From contig JAZDKB010000009.1 of NCBI GenBank assembly GCA_043803405.1, positions 96,001 through 160,000 of the forward strand: a DNA stretch of 64,000 nt. The letters are read 5' to 3'. The notes below the pieces were generated by a model. It ran no database searches, was not told the DNA's origin, and saw only the letters and a list, made by a program, of their open reading frames with translations. The position numbers and the translations under genes are program-made. How positions within the stretch are numbered: position 1 is the stretch's first letter; each line of letters begins with the position of its first letter. Positions 29,835 to 41,202 of the stretch are shown here, piece after piece. This DNA comes from Spirochaetota bacterium. GTDB taxonomy: Bacteria; Spirochaetota; UBA4802; JAFGDQ01.

Positions 29835-31016
29835 TTATTCAAACCGGAGAGCATCAATAGGCTTAAGATCAGATGCTTTTTTTGCGGGATAATAACCGAA
29901 GAAAATTCCTACAAAACTTGCGAACAGAAACGACACTATAACAGACGGCACTGAAAACAGAAAAGGCCAGTCGACAAAGAACACAATTAAAAAGTATATT
30001 ACAAGGCCAAGAGTAATACCGACAATACCTCCGGCCGAACTTAAAGTTACGGACTCGATCAGGAACTGAAGCAGAATGTCTTTCTTTTTGGCTCCGATTG
30101 CAAGTCTGATTCCGATCTCACGCGTGCGTTCACTCACCGAAACCAGCATAATGTTCATAATGCCGATGCCGCCTACAATAAGGGATATTGAAGCAATGAA
30201 CGCAAGCAGAATTGACAGCACATTCGAGATATAATCAGCCTGTTTTAATTTATCCTTGCTTGTCTCCATTTTAAAATCATCCGGCTTCCCTGCCGGTATT
30301 GAATGTATCCTCCTGAAATATTCTCTTATATAGTTCACAGTCTCGTCAACCTGCCCGGCAGAATATGTCGAAGCATTTAACTGGTCAAAGCTCTTTGATC
30401 CAATGATCTTTGTCTGTACAGTCGTATACGGTATTACGAGAATGTTATCGAAGTCCCTTCCGGAAAGAGCCTGCCCGATGGGCACAAGACTCCCGATAAT
30501 CTTAAACGGAACATTCATAATAAGCATTACTTCTCCGACGGGATTCGTAAAACCGAACAATTCCGTCCTGACTGTGTTACCAATTACCACAACCTTATCG
30601 CTTGAAATCAGTTCAATATCGGTAAAGTACCTGCCGTATTGAAGTTCATAGTCCATCATTGAAAAATAGTTATTATTTACTCCGTAAATCCTGCTTTTTA
30701 TTGATCTGTTTTTATATTTTACCGGAGTGTACGATCTGTATATTTGAGGAGTAATATACTGAATCTGAGGGAACATGCGTTTAAGATCATCCATATCCCT
30801 TTCAGTCAAAGGTCTGGCTGAATTATAAATGGAAATAGCATTCGCCCCGGCAGTATAAATTTTCTTTTTAACCGCGATTCTCGCGCTGTTTCCTATACCG
30901 ATCATAATAATTACCGACGATACGCCAATAATAATCCCAATACTGGTTAAGGCAGATCTCATCTTGTTTCTGCTCAGCGCTCTTAATGCTGTAATAAATG
31001 CATTTCTTACATTCAT
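29835..31016 (-). CDS. MacB-family ABC permease
   Basis: GGIGIMNIMLVSVSERTREIGIRLAIGA and P.DALRFE. Confidence 0.93.
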   Translation of the reverse strand: MNVRNAFITALRALSRNKMRSALTSIGIIIGVSSVIIMIGIGNSARIAVKKKIYTAGANAISIYNSARPLTERDMDDLKRMFPQIQYITPQIYRSYTPVKYKNRSIKSRIYGVNNNYFSMMDYELQYGRYFTDIELISSDKVVVIGNTVRTELFGFTNPVGEVMLIMNVPFKIIGSLVPIGQALSGRDFDNILVIPYTTVQTKIIGSKSFDQLNASTYSAGQVDETVNYIREYFRRIHSIPAGKPDDFKMETSKDKLKQADYISNVLSILLAFIASISLIVGGIGIMNIMLVSVSERTREIGIRLAIGAKKKDILLQFLIESVTLSSAGGIVGITLGLVIYFLIVFFVDWPFLFSVPSVIVSFLFASFVGIFFGYYPAKKASDLKPIDALRFE

Positions 31017-31024
31017 GCGATTGA

Positions 31025-31741
31025 CTATTTCTTTTTTTTCTTTTTTTTAACAGCAATATCCTGAATTATACTGCCGTCCCTGAATATGACTTTTCTGTCA
31101 GTAAACTCAGCCACTTCTGGCTCATGAGTAACCAGAATAATAGTGATACCCATTTCCCTGTTAAGTTTTGTAAACATTTTCATTACTTCTATTGTATTAT
31201 GCGTATCCAGGTTGCCGGTAGGTTCATCCGCAAGTATAATTGCCGGATCATTAATAAGGGCGCGCGCTATTGCGACCCTTTGCTGCTGGCCGCCGGATAG
31301 TTTATTCGGGTGATGATGCTCCCTCTCTGCCAGGCCTACGAGAGCCAATAGCTCCCTGGCCTTGCTTTTAATTTCGTGCGACCCGACATGCCCCCTGTAA
31401 AAGAGAGGAAGCTCTACATTTTCAATTGCCGAAGTCCTTGAAAGAAGGTTGAATCCCTGGAAAACAAAACCAATTTTGCTATTACGGATTTCGGCCATGT
31501 CATCATGGCTCATTGTTTTAGCTTCTGTTCCGTCCAGATAATAGCTTCCCGAAGTCGGCAGGTCCAGAAAACCGAGAATATTCATAAAAGTTGATTTGCC
31601 TGAACCTGACGCTCCCATTATAGCTACAAATTCCCCTTCAGCAACATCCATAGAGACATTATTCAAGGCAGTAACGCTGATATCCTCTCCCTGCCCGTAT
31701 ATTTTAAAGAGGTCTTTTATCTCGATTATTTTTTGTTTCAT
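31025..31741 (-). CDS. ABC ATP-binding protein (MacB/LolD type)
   Basis: [18 protein letters not shown] and ADEPTGNLD. Confidence 0.93.
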   Translation of the reverse strand: MKQKIIEIKDLFKIYGQGEDISVTALNNVSMDVAEGEFVAIMGASGSGKSTFMNILGFLDLPTSGSYYLDGTEAKTMSHDDMAEIRNSKIGFVFQGFNLLSRTSAIENVELPLFYRGHVGSHEIKSKARELLALVGLAEREHHHPNKLSGGQQQRVAIARALINDPAIILADEPTGNLDTHNTIEVMKMFTKLNREMGITIILVTHEPEVAEFTDRKVIFRDGSIIQDIAVKKKKKKK

Positions 31742-31777
31742 GCTTTTTCAGAAAATATTAATTGAGGCTGTTTTCAA

Positions 31778-31805
31778 GAGATTTCTCACATTCGTTCGAA
31801 ATGAC
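31778..31805. repeat. Single REP-like sequence
   Basis: GAGATTTCTCACATTCGTTCGAAATGAC resembles a short intergenic repeat motif I recall from other bacteria; only one copy here. Confidence 0.45.
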
Positions 31806-31895
31806 ACGGCAATAGTCATTATATAAACTGCTATAATCTCAAAAAAATCAATGCTTTAAAAATCTGATAGAATTAATAAATACTGAGCATATTAT

Positions 31896-33020
31896 CTATC
31901 TGATTGATTCCTTTGCTTCGCCGCCTTTATTAATTCCGACAAGTATTTCGTCACCAGTTTTAAGCTTATCCGAAATCACCTCGGTAAAGTAATCGCCTGT
32001 CAGGCCTGTCTTTACTTCTACTCTGGTAACCGGCAGACTCTTGACTGCAAGACTTTGCTTTTTCCAGAGATATTTTTTACCGGGTTCAATTGCCATGTCA
32101 ACAGGTGAGACAATAAACGCCTCGCTTGGAACGCGCAAAACATTTTTTTTGCTTGCCACTTCTACAGTTGCCGTTGCGGTCATGCCAGGTTTCAGGATTA
32201 ACTCCTTGTTATAGCAGGTAACAATTGCCTGGTACGAGACAAGCTGTTCTTTTTTAATCGGGTTCAGCCTGACCTGGTCGATCCGTCCTTCAAAAGTTTT
32301 TTCCGGAAAAGCGCTCACAGTAAATACGACGTTCTGGTCTTTTTTAATAAAACCTATATCCGACTCGTCAACCTGTATAATGAGGCGCATTCTTGTTAAA
32401 TCCTCAGCGATAACGAACAGCACTTTATTTTGCGTAATGGGAACATCCTGCTGAATATCCTTTGAAATAATCACCCCGGAACTGGGCGCAAGTATTCTGG
32501 TATTATTCTTATTCCTTTTGGCGATTTCATACTCGTTCTGTATCTGTTTTAGCTGCGTCTCAATTTTTTTATACTGAAGCTCTGCCTGCTCAAGGCCTTT
32601 GCTGGATATTAAACCGTCCTTAAGCATATCCTTTTTTGCGTTCAGATCCCGCTTTGCAGAGAGCAGTTCAAACGCAATAGATTCTCTGCGTGAATCTATC
32701 TTTAATATTTCCTGTTCAATTTCGGTTGCATCAATCGTTGCCAAAAGCTGGCCTTTCTTTACATGCTGGTTATAATCAGCATACACATTTGTAACCAGCC
32801 CGTTTATCCGGCTGAGAACTGAATGAGAATCCTGTATCTCCAGCGTGCCGGTTGTTGAAATAGTCTTTTTTACATCACCCGTATTGAGCTTCTCATAACG
32901 ATACGTTAATCCCGTATCTCCGCCGCAGCTTCTAAGCAGCAAATAAGTAGCTGCCGTCATTATAACAATAATTATTATTATAATTTTTTTATTGGGTATT
33001 TTCTTTTTTACTTTGTGCAT
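31896..33020 (-). CDS. Efflux periplasmic adaptor (MacA-like)
   Basis: VKKGQLLA, I.AP.SG, VDESDIG and LKPGMTA motifs. Confidence 0.92.
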   Translation of the reverse strand: MHKVKKKIPNKKIIIIIIVIMTAATYLLLRSCGGDTGLTYRYEKLNTGDVKKTISTTGTLEIQDSHSVLSRINGLVTNVYADYNQHVKKGQLLATIDATEIEQEILKIDSRRESIAFELLSAKRDLNAKKDMLKDGLISSKGLEQAELQYKKIETQLKQIQNEYEIAKRNKNNTRILAPSSGVIISKDIQQDVPITQNKVLFVIAEDLTRMRLIIQVDESDIGFIKKDQNVVFTVSAFPEKTFEGRIDQVRLNPIKKEQLVSYQAIVTCYNKELILKPGMTATATVEVASKKNVLRVPSEAFIVSPVDMAIEPGKKYLWKKQSLAVKSLPVTRVEVKTGLTGDYFTEVISDKLKTGDEILVGINKGGEAKESIR

Positions 33021-34387
33021 AAGTATTCTTCGCCTAGCCCGACTGCATTTGATAGTTTTGCAAGTATAATGAGATAATCATAACCTGCTTTAATGAAACC
33101 CAGCTCGGATTTTAAAAACGTCATCTCAGCGTCCTGTAATTCAAGCTGAGTGCTTAATCCGTTTTCATAGCTTTTCTGAGCCAGTTTAAGGTGCTTTTGT
33201 GAATTATCCATCATAAGTGCAGAAAGATCAATTTGTTTTTTATATTCATCTATACTTTGGAAATAATTTCTTATTAATGTCCTTATATTTATTAATATTT
33301 CACGCTCAATATATTTCGATTTATTGTATTCCGCAATTTTAGAATCTACCCTTGCATCAATAGCCCCGCCCGACCAGAGATTTAACTTTGCACTAATGCC
33401 AAGATTAATTGCTCCTGTCCAATTCTCCCACTTCACCTTGTCTTTAAATAATTCGGGATCATTATACTGATCTTTCCACCCATAAAGAATATTAGTATTC
33501 TGCATGCCTACTGCTCCCAATAAATCGACGCTGGGATAATGCGCCGAACGCGCAATGGAAATATTTGATTGATTGATTTCTTTAGACATCTGGGAAATTT
33601 TGATATCTGGATTATTGCTTTCCGCCAGTTGATACAATTTAGTCAAGGTAAAACGCAATACCGGTAGCTTCTCAGATTTAATCGGAGAGAATTCAATATT
33701 TTCATCTATAATCCCCATGGATGCAAGTAGCTCGGTTTTTACAATATTTTCATAATTCTTTGCTTTTTCGTACTCCAGCCGTGCATCGGCAAGGTCAACT
33801 TCCGATTTAGAGACATCAAGGATTGGCCTTTGGCCATTTTTATAAAGAAGATTCGCTTTCTGAAGTTTGGAATGGAATTTTTCTACAAGCTGCTCTCTTT
33901 TCGCCCTGTTTTCCCTGGCAAATAAATATCCGAAATAATTCTTTTTAACATTTACAATAATTTCAGCTTTTGCTTTAAAGGCTTTCATTTTCGCTAGGTC
34001 AATGCCCGATCTGGCGGAATCAATTGCATCTCCTCTTTGTGGATCATATAGATTATATATAAATGTCGGACCCACAAACAGTCCTATCGATGTATCATGA
34101 CCTGGTATACTCGCAATGCCATTTTTTGGCTTAACCACTCGGTTGCGTTCATCAATAAACTGATTTTCGATTGTCTTAATTTCGAAATTAATGTTCGCCC
34201 CGTTTTTCGATTTCGCGAACGCATAGTTAGCCTGTGCAATATGGACGTCCTCATCGGAGGCTTTTATTTCGGGATGATTTTGAACCGCAATGCCAATACA
34301 TTCGTTTAGAGAAATTTTTCTAAGTTCCGAATAAAGCGGACCTGAAATAAAAAGAATAATGGATAAGATAAGTAGATATATTTTCAT
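33008..34387 (-). CDS. TolC family outer-membrane channel
   Basis: Signal peptide; ISLNECI..A..NHP, A..YP.VDL and Y.NG....LEL.DA motifs. Confidence 0.9.
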   Translation of the reverse strand: MKIYLLILSIILFISGPLYSELRKISLNECIGIAVQNHPEIKASDEDVHIAQANYAFAKSKNGANINFEIKTIENQFIDERNRVVKPKNGIASIPGHDTSIGLFVGPTFIYNLYDPQRGDAIDSARSGIDLAKMKAFKAKAEIIVNVKKNYFGYLFARENRAKREQLVEKFHSKLQKANLLYKNGQRPILDVSKSEVDLADARLEYEKAKNYENIVKTELLASMGIIDENIEFSPIKSEKLPVLRFTLTKLYQLAESNNPDIKISQMSKEINQSNISIARSAHYPSVDLLGAVGMQNTNILYGWKDQYNDPELFKDKVKWENWTGAINLGISAKLNLWSGGAIDARVDSKIAEYNKSKYIEREILINIRTLIRNYFQSIDEYKKQIDLSALMMDNSQKHLKLAQKSYENGLSTQLELQDAEMTFLKSELGFIKAGYDYLIILAKLSNAVGLGEEYLCTK

Positions 34388-34557
34388 TGAATAAAATATT
34401 AAAATGAATAACTGTTTATGGATGTATATATTATTATCGTCATAAGATGGATATTAATATATTTTTATAGATGACTTAATATTTTTTAAAACAACTAAAA
34501 AAATCATTGACATTAGACTCAAACTTTCAGACAAGAAAAAAGCGTTTTAATGAAATT

Positions 34558-34630
34558 GCTGGCGTAGCTCAATCGGTAGAGCAGCTGATTTGTAATCAGC
34601 ATGTTGGGGGTTCAATTCCTCTCGCCAGCT
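34558..34630 (+). tRNA. tRNA-Thr(TGT)
   Basis: Cloverleaf GCTGGCG..CGCCAGC; anticodon arm CTGAT-TTGTAA-TCAG; GGTTCAATTCC T-arm. Confidence 0.95.
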
Positions 34631-34637
34631 AATCGAT

Positions 34638-34719
34638 GGTGAGGTTCCCGAGCGGCCAAAGGGAACAGACTGTAAATCTGTCGGCGATGCCTTCGGAGGT
34701 TCGAATCCTCCCCTCACCA
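34638..34719 (+). tRNA. tRNA-Tyr(GTA)
   Basis: GGTGAGG..CCTCACC acceptor stem; CAGA-CTGTAAA-TCTG; long variable arm. Confidence 0.95.
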
Positions 34720-34743
34720 AAAAAAGTTATATATTTACAATGT

Positions 34744-34771
34744 CAACACCGCCTGTCAAAAGGCGGTGTTG
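34744..34771. terminator. Hairpin terminator after the tRNA pair
   Basis: CAACACCGCC-tgtcaaaa-GGCGGTGTTG between convergent units. Confidence 0.7.
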
Positions 34772-34827
34772 CTGTTTCCGGTTCTTATATCAATTTTTCT
34801 GTTGAAAGAACTTAATCAACTGCTTAA

Positions 34828-35040
34828 TTATTTTGCTGCCTGCTCATTTAATTCTTTAAGCATTTTCGTCAGCATTTTATCGTCGAAACCGTGAGCATGT
34901 GCTCCTTCTTCTATTGTTTCGCTTGTTGAAATATGACATCCGATACAATGCAAACCATAACCCGCCATTATTGGTGCGGATTTAGGAAAATTTTTCATTA
35001 CCTCGCCGAAAGTCATATTTTTATTAATCTTGTCCGGCAT
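34828..35040 (-). CDS. DUF1858 (hybrid-cluster-associated redox) domain protein
   Basis: MTFGEV...GLHCIGC..S..ETIEEGA.AHG. Confidence 0.85.
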   Translation of the reverse strand: MPDKINKNMTFGEVMKNFPKSAPIMAGYGLHCIGCHISTSETIEEGAHAHGFDDKMLTKMLKELNEQAAK

Positions 35041-35167
35041 ACGTTTTAACATCCTCCATAATATATTATTATATATAGTAATTTCAATTCGGATCGATGT
35101 CCACTACTTTTTAAAGATCAGCAAAAGCAGTCTCGATGCGAACAGAAATGAATTCAAAAATCCGGGA

Positions 35168-35425
35168 TCAGTTCTGAAAACCGCAATCCCCTCCGTACCT
35201 GTGCATTCCGCAAGTGCCGGAAGCGCAGCATGATCCTGCCTGAGCGCACGATGGCATTTCCACCGAAGCTCCGCCGCCTTTCATAATGAATCCGCTTCCG
35301 CCGGTGATCAATCTTTTAACCCCTGCGCCGCATTTAGGGCATTTATCTACCGGATTTTCTGTCATCCCGTGGAATACTTCAAATCTATTATTGCATGATG
35401 AACAATGATATTCGTATGTTGGCAT
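35168..35425 (-). CDS. FmdB-family zinc ribbon protein
   Basis: MPTYEYHCSSC...CPKCG...F.MKGGG. Confidence 0.9.
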   Translation of the reverse strand: MPTYEYHCSSCNNRFEVFHGMTENPVDKCPKCGAGVKRLITGGSGFIMKGGGASVEMPSCAQAGSCCASGTCGMHRYGGDCGFQN

Positions 35426-35582
35426 AAAAAACCTCAATCCTGTTAAAATTTATTATAAAAACTGTGTTTAATAAAAAATACTAATTATCATATTGACAAG
35501 TCAAGTATTTAAACTAATAATCTATTGACATTTTATAAAAGTTCAATAAGTTTATTAAATTAAGTTAACATACGGAACAATA

Positions 35583-36488
35583 ATGCATATTGACGATAAA
35601 AATAACGACATTAATCTGGATTCATTCTCAGATGATGATCTGAATTTTGAAAATCTTTTTGAGGAACCGGAAGCCTCACTAAAATCATCCGAAAAAAAAC
35701 CTGTTCACAAAACAAAACCTGCTTCTGAAAAAAAACCGCAAAATAAAATCAGCTCTTTCGAAGACTTCACTGCATCTGAACCTGCGAAAAAAAAGCGCAC
35801 AATAAGCGATTTTGAACCGGATATGGACGCGCTGTTAATGACCGCGCAATCATCAATGATTATTGAAGGCATGGAACATTACAGCAATAAAGATTTCTCT
35901 TCAGAAGCGCTTCAAGTATATATCGAAGCATTTAAAGGAGTGGATCTTTATATAAAAATATTAAACAGGAATCCCAATAACTACCGCAAGCTTAAAAAAC
36001 TGATCGATTCAGATACGGATTGCCAGCAGGTGGAAAAATTCGCATTTGAATTATATAAGGAACAATGCGGGTCTACCCCAAATACAGATAAGGAAAAATT
36101 GGAAGCTTTTGAATTATTCAAACAGATATTCAAACAATCCATCAATAAATCAAGCATAAGCAAATCGATGAAATTATTAAGAAAATATTTTCTGTTATCC
36201 GGCGGACTTGATACAGAAAAGATTCAGGAACTGATAAACAGCGGCAGCCTTGAATTAAAAAGAGAGATTAACTATTTTCACCAGCATCTGCACGTCGCTC
36301 TTGATATGCTAAAAAAAGGCGACAGCGAAATCGTAAGAGGGCTCAAGGGAAGAGACTTGAATGTATTTATTACAAAAAGCTCTGAGCTGCTGGGACATTA
36401 TTATAAAACACAGGATAATATAAAAATTTCGGATTATTATTTCAGGATATATACTATTTATAAAAAATATTTTATAATTAAACAATAA
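35583..36488 (+). CDS. Hypothetical protein with acidic N-terminus
   Basis: 301-aa ORF; no motif recognised. Confidence 0.7.
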   Translation: MHIDDKNNDINLDSFSDDDLNFENLFEEPEASLKSSEKKPVHKTKPASEKKPQNKISSFEDFTASEPAKKKRTISDFEPDMDALLMTAQSSMIIEGMEHYSNKDFSSEALQVYIEAFKGVDLYIKILNRNPNNYRKLKKLIDSDTDCQQVEKFAFELYKEQCGSTPNTDKEKLEAFELFKQIFKQSINKSSISKSMKLLRKYFLLSGGLDTEKIQELINSGSLELKREINYFHQHLHVALDMLKKGDSEIVRGLKGRDLNVFITKSSELLGHYYKTQDNIKISDYYFRIYTIYKKYFIIKQ

Positions 36489-36515
36489 AATTCCCGGGGG
36501 CAAGCCTCTGTGAGC

Positions 36516-37670
36516 TTATAAAAACATCTCTGTCATCTCATAAATTAATCCATCCATTTGAAAAAAGCCCTGTCTGCTAAATTTGACTTTCATATCATTA
36601 TCAAATTCTTCGATTTCCAGCAGATTCTTTTTTTGCAAATCAATGAATTTGCTCATTAACTCTTTGCTTAACCCGATTCCGAGTTTTGATTCAAAGTCCT
36701 TGACCGATATTCCTTCAGCAAGGCGCATTCCCGATAGAATATATTCCACAATCTCGGAATTTTTTGTTCTTTTATCCTTTTCCCTTATATTGCCATTCAT
36801 CTTAATATATTCTTCTATCGAAGCCGGATTATAAAAACGCTCATTATTATAAAAAGAGTGGGCGCCTGCGCCGAATCCGGCATACGGCATGAATTTCCAG
36901 TATTTTAAATTATGTTTTGATTCAAAATCCGGTAAAGCATAATTGGAAACCTCGTAATGGTTGTAGCCGGCATTTGTAAAAAAATCCATTGTCCTTTCCA
37001 AAAAAATTCTTTGCATATTGTTAAGGTTCTTAACCTGCAAACCGCTTTTCGCCAATGGTGTTCCGGCATCTATGCTAAGGGTGTACGCCGAAACATGCTC
37101 TATCCCATAACCGACAATTTTTTTTAGTTCTTCCCGCAAGTCACGTTCCGATTGGCCGGGAATGCCGATTATAATATCAACGCAATATACGATATCCGGA
37201 AAACTTATAAACTCCGAAAGCATCTTATCATTGCACAGACATGCGGATCTACCAAGAATACTATGCAATCTTTTATTAAATGTCTGCACACCAAGCACAA
37301 CCCTGTTTATTCCAACGGATTTATATTCTCCGATTTTATTTACAGAAAAGTCATCCGGGTTACATTCTATTGTAATTTCTAATTTTTCGTCTTTAAGTTT
37401 TAAACTTTTCTTTATCTGCGAAAATATTTTATTAAGCTGGATGGAAGTAAGAAGAGACGGAGATCCGCCTCCTAAATAAATCGTATCTATTTCAAAATCC
37501 CTTAGTTCAGTACTTCTTTTTTCAATCTCGCTTAAAAGCGCTTTTAAATATTTATTTATTATTCCGGTTTCATCATTTCTGTCGTTTTCATCAACAGGAA
37601 CCGAGTAAAATGAGCAGTAAGAACATTTTCTTCTGCAGAATGGAAAGTGAATATACAACCCTAAATTCAT
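36516..37670 (-). CDS. hemW: Radical SAM heme chaperone HemW
   Basis: YIHFPFCRRKCSYCSF, GGGSPS, HYEVSNY and HNLKYW. Confidence 0.9.
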   Translation of the reverse strand: MNLGLYIHFPFCRRKCSYCSFYSVPVDENDRNDETGIINKYLKALLSEIEKRSTELRDFEIDTIYLGGGSPSLLTSIQLNKIFSQIKKSLKLKDEKLEITIECNPDDFSVNKIGEYKSVGINRVVLGVQTFNKRLHSILGRSACLCNDKMLSEFISFPDIVYCVDIIIGIPGQSERDLREELKKIVGYGIEHVSAYTLSIDAGTPLAKSGLQVKNLNNMQRIFLERTMDFFTNAGYNHYEVSNYALPDFESKHNLKYWKFMPYAGFGAGAHSFYNNERFYNPASIEEYIKMNGNIREKDKRTKNSEIVEYILSGMRLAEGISVKDFESKLGIGLSKELMSKFIDLQKKNLLEIEEFDNDMKVKFSRQGFFQMDGLIYEMTEMFL

Positions 37671-39364
37671 TATTTTTTATCCGGCATTCCCATGTTTACA
37701 TTTATACTTTTCTTAGGTTCAAATCCGCCGTTTAAACATAAAACAAGCTGCTTAATGGATTCATGCGTACTGGAGAATGTGAAAAACACAGGGGGTAATC
37801 CTTTAATTGAACCCAGTGGGAACGGATTGCCTGTGCATAAAAAATACAACTTAATCTGATTTTCTTTGCATACATTTATAATTTTATTAATTGAATTATT
37901 ATCTATTCTATCAAATTGATAATAAGCAATAGTGTTTTTTAAAGATTTCTTTTCTTTGTTTTGTAACGCACTTTTTAATGTTTGATTAATAAAATCATTT
38001 TCTGTTTTAAATAATTTAATACTTTTTTTTAAGTCCTTATCAGCTAAAGAGCCGACTTCGGTTATAAAAAAACTATTTGATGAAATAAATATTTTTGAAA
38101 ATTCATTATTAATAAAATCTTCTTTTCTATAGTTCGAACCGGAATAAAAATATATAGATTCTCTCGATACCTTCCTGTTCAGCTCTTCGGATTTCGTTAA
38201 AATCTCCGCTTCTTCTTTAGTATAATTATAATCTTCGTATTTACTTTTTCCTTCCTCATCATTCATTATTCCAAACCGCAATTTTGTTTTAATGATTCTC
38301 TCGACCGATTCGTTTATTCGATCAACAGGGATTATCCCATCAGCAACAGCTTTGTTAAGAGCTCCCGAAATTATTTCAATACTGTTACCGTAGGTGCTTA
38401 CTAAAACGATATCAGTACCTGCAATTACAGATTTCACTGCAGCATCTCCCAAATCCATAATTTTTGAAACCGCATTCATTTCCATGTCATCTGTTATAAC
38501 TATTCCTTTAAAATGCATTTTATTGCGTAAAATATCCGTCAGGAATTCTTTTGAAATTGTAGCAGGCAGATTATTTTTTAAAATCTCAGGGAAAGATATA
38601 TGAGCGGTCATAACTCCTTCTACGTTGTTATCTATAGCGCGAACAAAAGGTGGAAACTCGACCTTATGAAGTCTTTCAATATTATGATGAATTACGGGCA
38701 AAGTCAAATGCGAGTCTTTATCAGTATCGCCATGGCCGGGGAAATGTTTACATACTGCAATGCATTTTGATTTTTGCAGTCCTTTAATATAGGCTGCACC
38801 TAGCCTGGAAACGATGTCAGAATCTGAACCAAAAGATCTGGTGTTTATTACCGGATTTAAAGAATTATTATTTACATCAATCGCAGGCGCAAGGTTCATA
38901 TTTATTCCTATCATTCTGAGTTCCATTCCGGTAATCCTTGCACTGTCATAAACGAGTGATTCGTTATCTGCTACTCCAAAGGCCATATTACCCGGGAACT
39001 GGGTTACCCCGCTCGTAATGCGCCTTACTCTTCCTCCTTCCTGATCTATTGAAATAAACATAGGTATCCTGTAGTTGGATATTGCCGTTTGCTGCATTTC
39101 TTTTATATATTGCCTGGTATCTTCCGTGCTTCCGATATTATAACCGAATAAAATAATTCCTCCCGGATAATAATTAGTAATGATAGCTGTTGTTTCTTTG
39201 CAGATTTTGTTATCCGGAACTCCCAGCATAAGCATTTGTCCTATTTTCTCCTGCGTGCTCATTTTGCCGACCGCCTGGCCGGCTTTGTAATTTATTCTTG
39301 TTTCACAGCAAAGTAAGACAAATAGCAGAATAATCATTGATGAAATATTATATTTTGCCGGCAT
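37670..39364 (-). CDS. nagZ: GH3 beta-N-acetylhexosaminidase
   Basis: IDQEGGRV, KHFPGHGDT..DSH and ITDDMEM. Confidence 0.9.
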   Translation of the reverse strand: MPAKYNISSMIILLFVLLCCETRINYKAGQAVGKMSTQEKIGQMLMLGVPDNKICKETTAIITNYYPGGIILFGYNIGSTEDTRQYIKEMQQTAISNYRIPMFISIDQEGGRVRRITSGVTQFPGNMAFGVADNESLVYDSARITGMELRMIGINMNLAPAIDVNNNSLNPVINTRSFGSDSDIVSRLGAAYIKGLQKSKCIAVCKHFPGHGDTDKDSHLTLPVIHHNIERLHKVEFPPFVRAIDNNVEGVMTAHISFPEILKNNLPATISKEFLTDILRNKMHFKGIVITDDMEMNAVSKIMDLGDAAVKSVIAGTDIVLVSTYGNSIEIISGALNKAVADGIIPVDRINESVERIIKTKLRFGIMNDEEGKSKYEDYNYTKEEAEILTKSEELNRKVSRESIYFYSGSNYRKEDFINNEFSKIFISSNSFFITEVGSLADKDLKKSIKLFKTENDFINQTLKSALQNKEKKSLKNTIAYYQFDRIDNNSINKIINVCKENQIKLYFLCTGNPFPLGSIKGLPPVFFTFSSTHESIKQLVLCLNGGFEPKKSINVNMGMPDKK

Positions 39365-39507
39365 TAAAATACTCCTTGGAATTTATAGCTCAGAATAAAC
39401 AAAATATAGATCGATAATTAGTGTATTCAAGAATAAAATATATAATTGAATTTTTTTAAATCGTTTTTTAAACATGATGTTTTTAACATATATAACAGGA
39501 GAAAACA

Positions 39508-40254
39508 ATGAGCCTTAAAAAAGCAAAGGCAGCTTATTTAAATGCTGATTTCTTAACATCCAGAGAAGCCAGAACAATCAGAATAACATCTGAATATCTT
39601 GAACCCGAAAAACGATTTGAAGAAATGAATATATTCCACACTGTTGTTTTTTTCGGCTCAGCCAGAACAAAAGATAACAAGGAAAGCAAATCTTACTGGG
39701 CTGCTGAAAATTTCGCATATAAGCTTGCAGAATGGTCAAAAGAACTGGAAAAGAATGGCGAAGGTTTCTATATTATGACAGGAGGCGGACCCGGCATTAT
39801 GGAAGCTGCGAACAGGGGCGCAAACAGGGCGGGAGCAAAGACAATAGGTTTGAACATATCAATTCCTTTTGAACAGCAGCCAAATAAATATATATCGCCG
39901 GAATTAAATTTCGAATTCCATTATTTTTTTATGAGAAAACTCTGGTTTTTATATCATGCGAAAGCTCTTATAGTTTTTCCAGGCGGGTTCGGGACCCTGG
40001 ATGAACTATTTGAAACACTCACCCTGTTACAAACCAGAAAAATTGAAAAGGGCAACATACCTATCCTGCTTTACGACCGTGAATTCTGGGAAGGATTAAT
40101 TAATTTCCGGAAACTTGTAGATGAAGATCTCATATCGTCTGAAGATCTTAATTTATTTCATTTTTTTGATGATCTGGACGAAGGCTTCAATTTTCTTAAG
40201 CCGAGGCTGGAAAAGTTTATAAATAAAGTAAATCACGGATTAATTAAAGTTTAA
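39508..40254 (+). CDS. LOG family protein
   Basis: FFGSAR, TGGGPGIMEAANRG and PGGFGTLDE. Confidence 0.92.
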   Translation: MSLKKAKAAYLNADFLTSREARTIRITSEYLEPEKRFEEMNIFHTVVFFGSARTKDNKESKSYWAAENFAYKLAEWSKELEKNGEGFYIMTGGGPGIMEAANRGANRAGAKTIGLNISIPFEQQPNKYISPELNFEFHYFFMRKLWFLYHAKALIVFPGGFGTLDELFETLTLLQTRKIEKGNIPILLYDREFWEGLINFRKLVDEDLISSEDLNLFHFFDDLDEGFNFLKPRLEKFINKVNHGLIKV

Positions 40255-40462
40255 ATAAAAAATTATTTTATTTTATGCTGTTAATAGTTATTTGAACTCA
40301 TCTCAATAATGGCCGGTACTTTGAAAATTTGATAGAATTATAAAGATTTTATCATTGATTTTTTTTTATTATTTTATATCCTGTTAAAAGCCATATCCTA
40401 TAAAGCGTTTAATTATTATATCCGGACCTTTTCAAATAAAATATGTTTTCAGGAAGAAAAGC

Positions 40463-41098
40463 ATGAAAAACAATGTATTGAAACTCTGTATTATCCTGTT
40501 ATTTTTCTATATATCACCATCAAGCTCTTTCGGCGCAGTACAATACGGTAAATACATCAATAATACGTACAATTATGAAATAATAATACCGTTGTCATGG
40601 CAAAAGAAGGAATCAACAATCCAGAATAAACATGTAATGTATGCCTCGATAAACCCGAATACCGGGATCAAGGTAAGGGCATTTAAGTCATCAGACGAGG
40701 ATATTGAGAAAATAGTCCATTCCGAAACATGGGACCTGCGGAAAATAGATCCGAAATTAAGCAAAATTATCGAAACGGAAAAAATTACAGTAAAAAAGAA
40801 TATTACCGGAAAGTTATTAATATTTGAATATAGATCGAAAAAGAATGATATTTTACAAAGGACACTGATAACTTTAAACAATAAAATAATTTACATTGTC
40901 GAATGCAAATCGCCGCGATTTAATTTCAGTAAATATGAAGATATTTTCACTACTGCACTGGCAAGTTTTAAATACATTCAGGCCGGTGCCGGACAGGACG
41001 CAGCCATAAAGGATGAACCCCCTAAAGAGGAAATCATTAAAGAAAAACCGAAAGAACAACCGCAGGAAGAACTTATTGAAGAGGACGAAAAGCTTTAA
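40463..41098 (+). CDS. Secreted hypothetical protein (PsbP-like fold possible)
   Basis: Signal peptide; Y.I.IP.SW start and F..ALASF end pattern. Confidence 0.6.
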   Translation: MKNNVLKLCIILLFFYISPSSSFGAVQYGKYINNTYNYEIIIPLSWQKKESTIQNKHVMYASINPNTGIKVRAFKSSDEDIEKIVHSETWDLRKIDPKLSKIIETEKITVKKNITGKLLIFEYRSKKNDILQRTLITLNNKIIYIVECKSPRFNFSKYEDIFTTALASFKYIQAGAGQDAAIKDEPPKEEIIKEKPKEQPQEELIEEDEKL

Positions 41099-41105
41099 AA
41101 CTGAT

Positions 41106-41191
41106 TGCCCAAGGCCGGACTTGAACCGGCACGGATGTTAAGGTCCGAGGGATTTTAAGTCCCTTGTGTCTACCAATTCCACCACTTGGGC
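41106..41191 (-). tRNA. tRNA-Leu(TAA)
   Basis: Reverse strand GCCCAAG..CTTGGGC; GGGAC-TTAAAA-TCCC anticodon arm; long variable arm. Confidence 0.95.
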
Positions 41192-41202
41192 ATGGTTAAA
41201 AT